DNA of 54,539 nt from Clostridia bacterium (GTDB lineage Bacteria > Bacillota > DUOV01 > Zhaonellaceae). Under the pieces are notes generated by a model, which saw only the letters and a program-made list of their open reading frames with translations, had not been told where the DNA came from and did no database searches. Location of the stretch: NCBI GenBank assembly GCA_012838615.1, contig DUOV01000005.1, positions 1 through 54,539 on the forward strand, given 5' to 3'. The position numbers and the translations under genes are program-made. Of the stretch, positions 54,431-54,539 are shown one piece after another; positions within the stretch are counted from its first letter, which is position 1, and every line of letters begins with the position of its first letter.

Positions 54431-54451
54431 TCGCAAAAGTAAAAAGGAAAA

Positions 54452-54514
54452 ACCATCGGTAACTCCGAAATTGGTAAGTGACGAGCAAACCAAGAAGGAG
54501 TGTTTACCGATGGT
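54452..54514 (+). promoter_or_regulatory. Start-codon-sequestering hairpin in front of a plus-strand gene at the window edge
   Basis: An 11-bp perfect stem accatcggtaa / ttaccgatggt encloses an inner ttggt/accaa stem and the AAGGAG RBS. The ATG at 54510 lies in the 3' arm. Confidence 0.35.
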
Positions 54515-54539
54515 CTACTCTAATACTACCCAAAATTTC
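54510..54539 (+). CDS. 5' end of an unidentified gene (MVYSNTTQNF...)
   Basis: ATG lies 9 nt after an AAGGAG. Only 10 codons are visible. Confidence 0.3.
   Translation, partial: MVYSNTTQNF

Overview
AT-rich chromosomal window from an anaerobic, spore-forming, selenocysteine-using Firmicute (Clostridia-like), judged from gene content. I found no rRNA or tRNA genes, CRISPR arrays, transposases, integrases or recognisable defence genes. Most genes lie on the minus strand.

Left to right:
- a decayed ger (germinant receptor) operon remnant
- an OpuC-type compatible-solute-like ABC transporter behind a long leader with its own terminator
- a GerMN lipoprotein
- a selenocysteine formate dehydrogenase (split into two ORFs in the track by an in-frame TGA) with a fused FeS/flavin partner
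- a 5-gene heteromeric flavo-FeS amine dehydrogenase operon (proline/sarcosine/opine-dehydrogenase-like)
- an sdpR/sdpI-like pair, a short Hcp with a CRP/FNR box, and htpG
- a ~13.5 kb same-strand GntR-headed cluster (17441-30968)
- zur-znuABC, gshA plus a eukaryote-type GSH synthetase-like gene, and pdp/cdd/DUF362/glcK
- small sporulation-type ORFs around a stand-alone LigD-type ligase
- a polysaccharide deacetylase, an HD-GYP protein, and an MFS transporter
- PucR plus a three-subunit xanthine-dehydrogenase-family molybdoenzyme
- a secreted 26-aa tandem-repeat protein and a tryptophanase/tyrosine-phenol-lyase-family gene

The best candidate for an undescribed system is the GntR-headed cluster. 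It combines a methenyl-tetrahydromethanopterin-cyclohydrolase (Mch)-like protein, four amidohydrolases of three superfamilies, a second dispersed copy of the flavo-FeS dehydrogenase, a LUD-domain protein and a dedicated ECF transporter. All functional calls come from motif and family recognition by eye. No database search was run.
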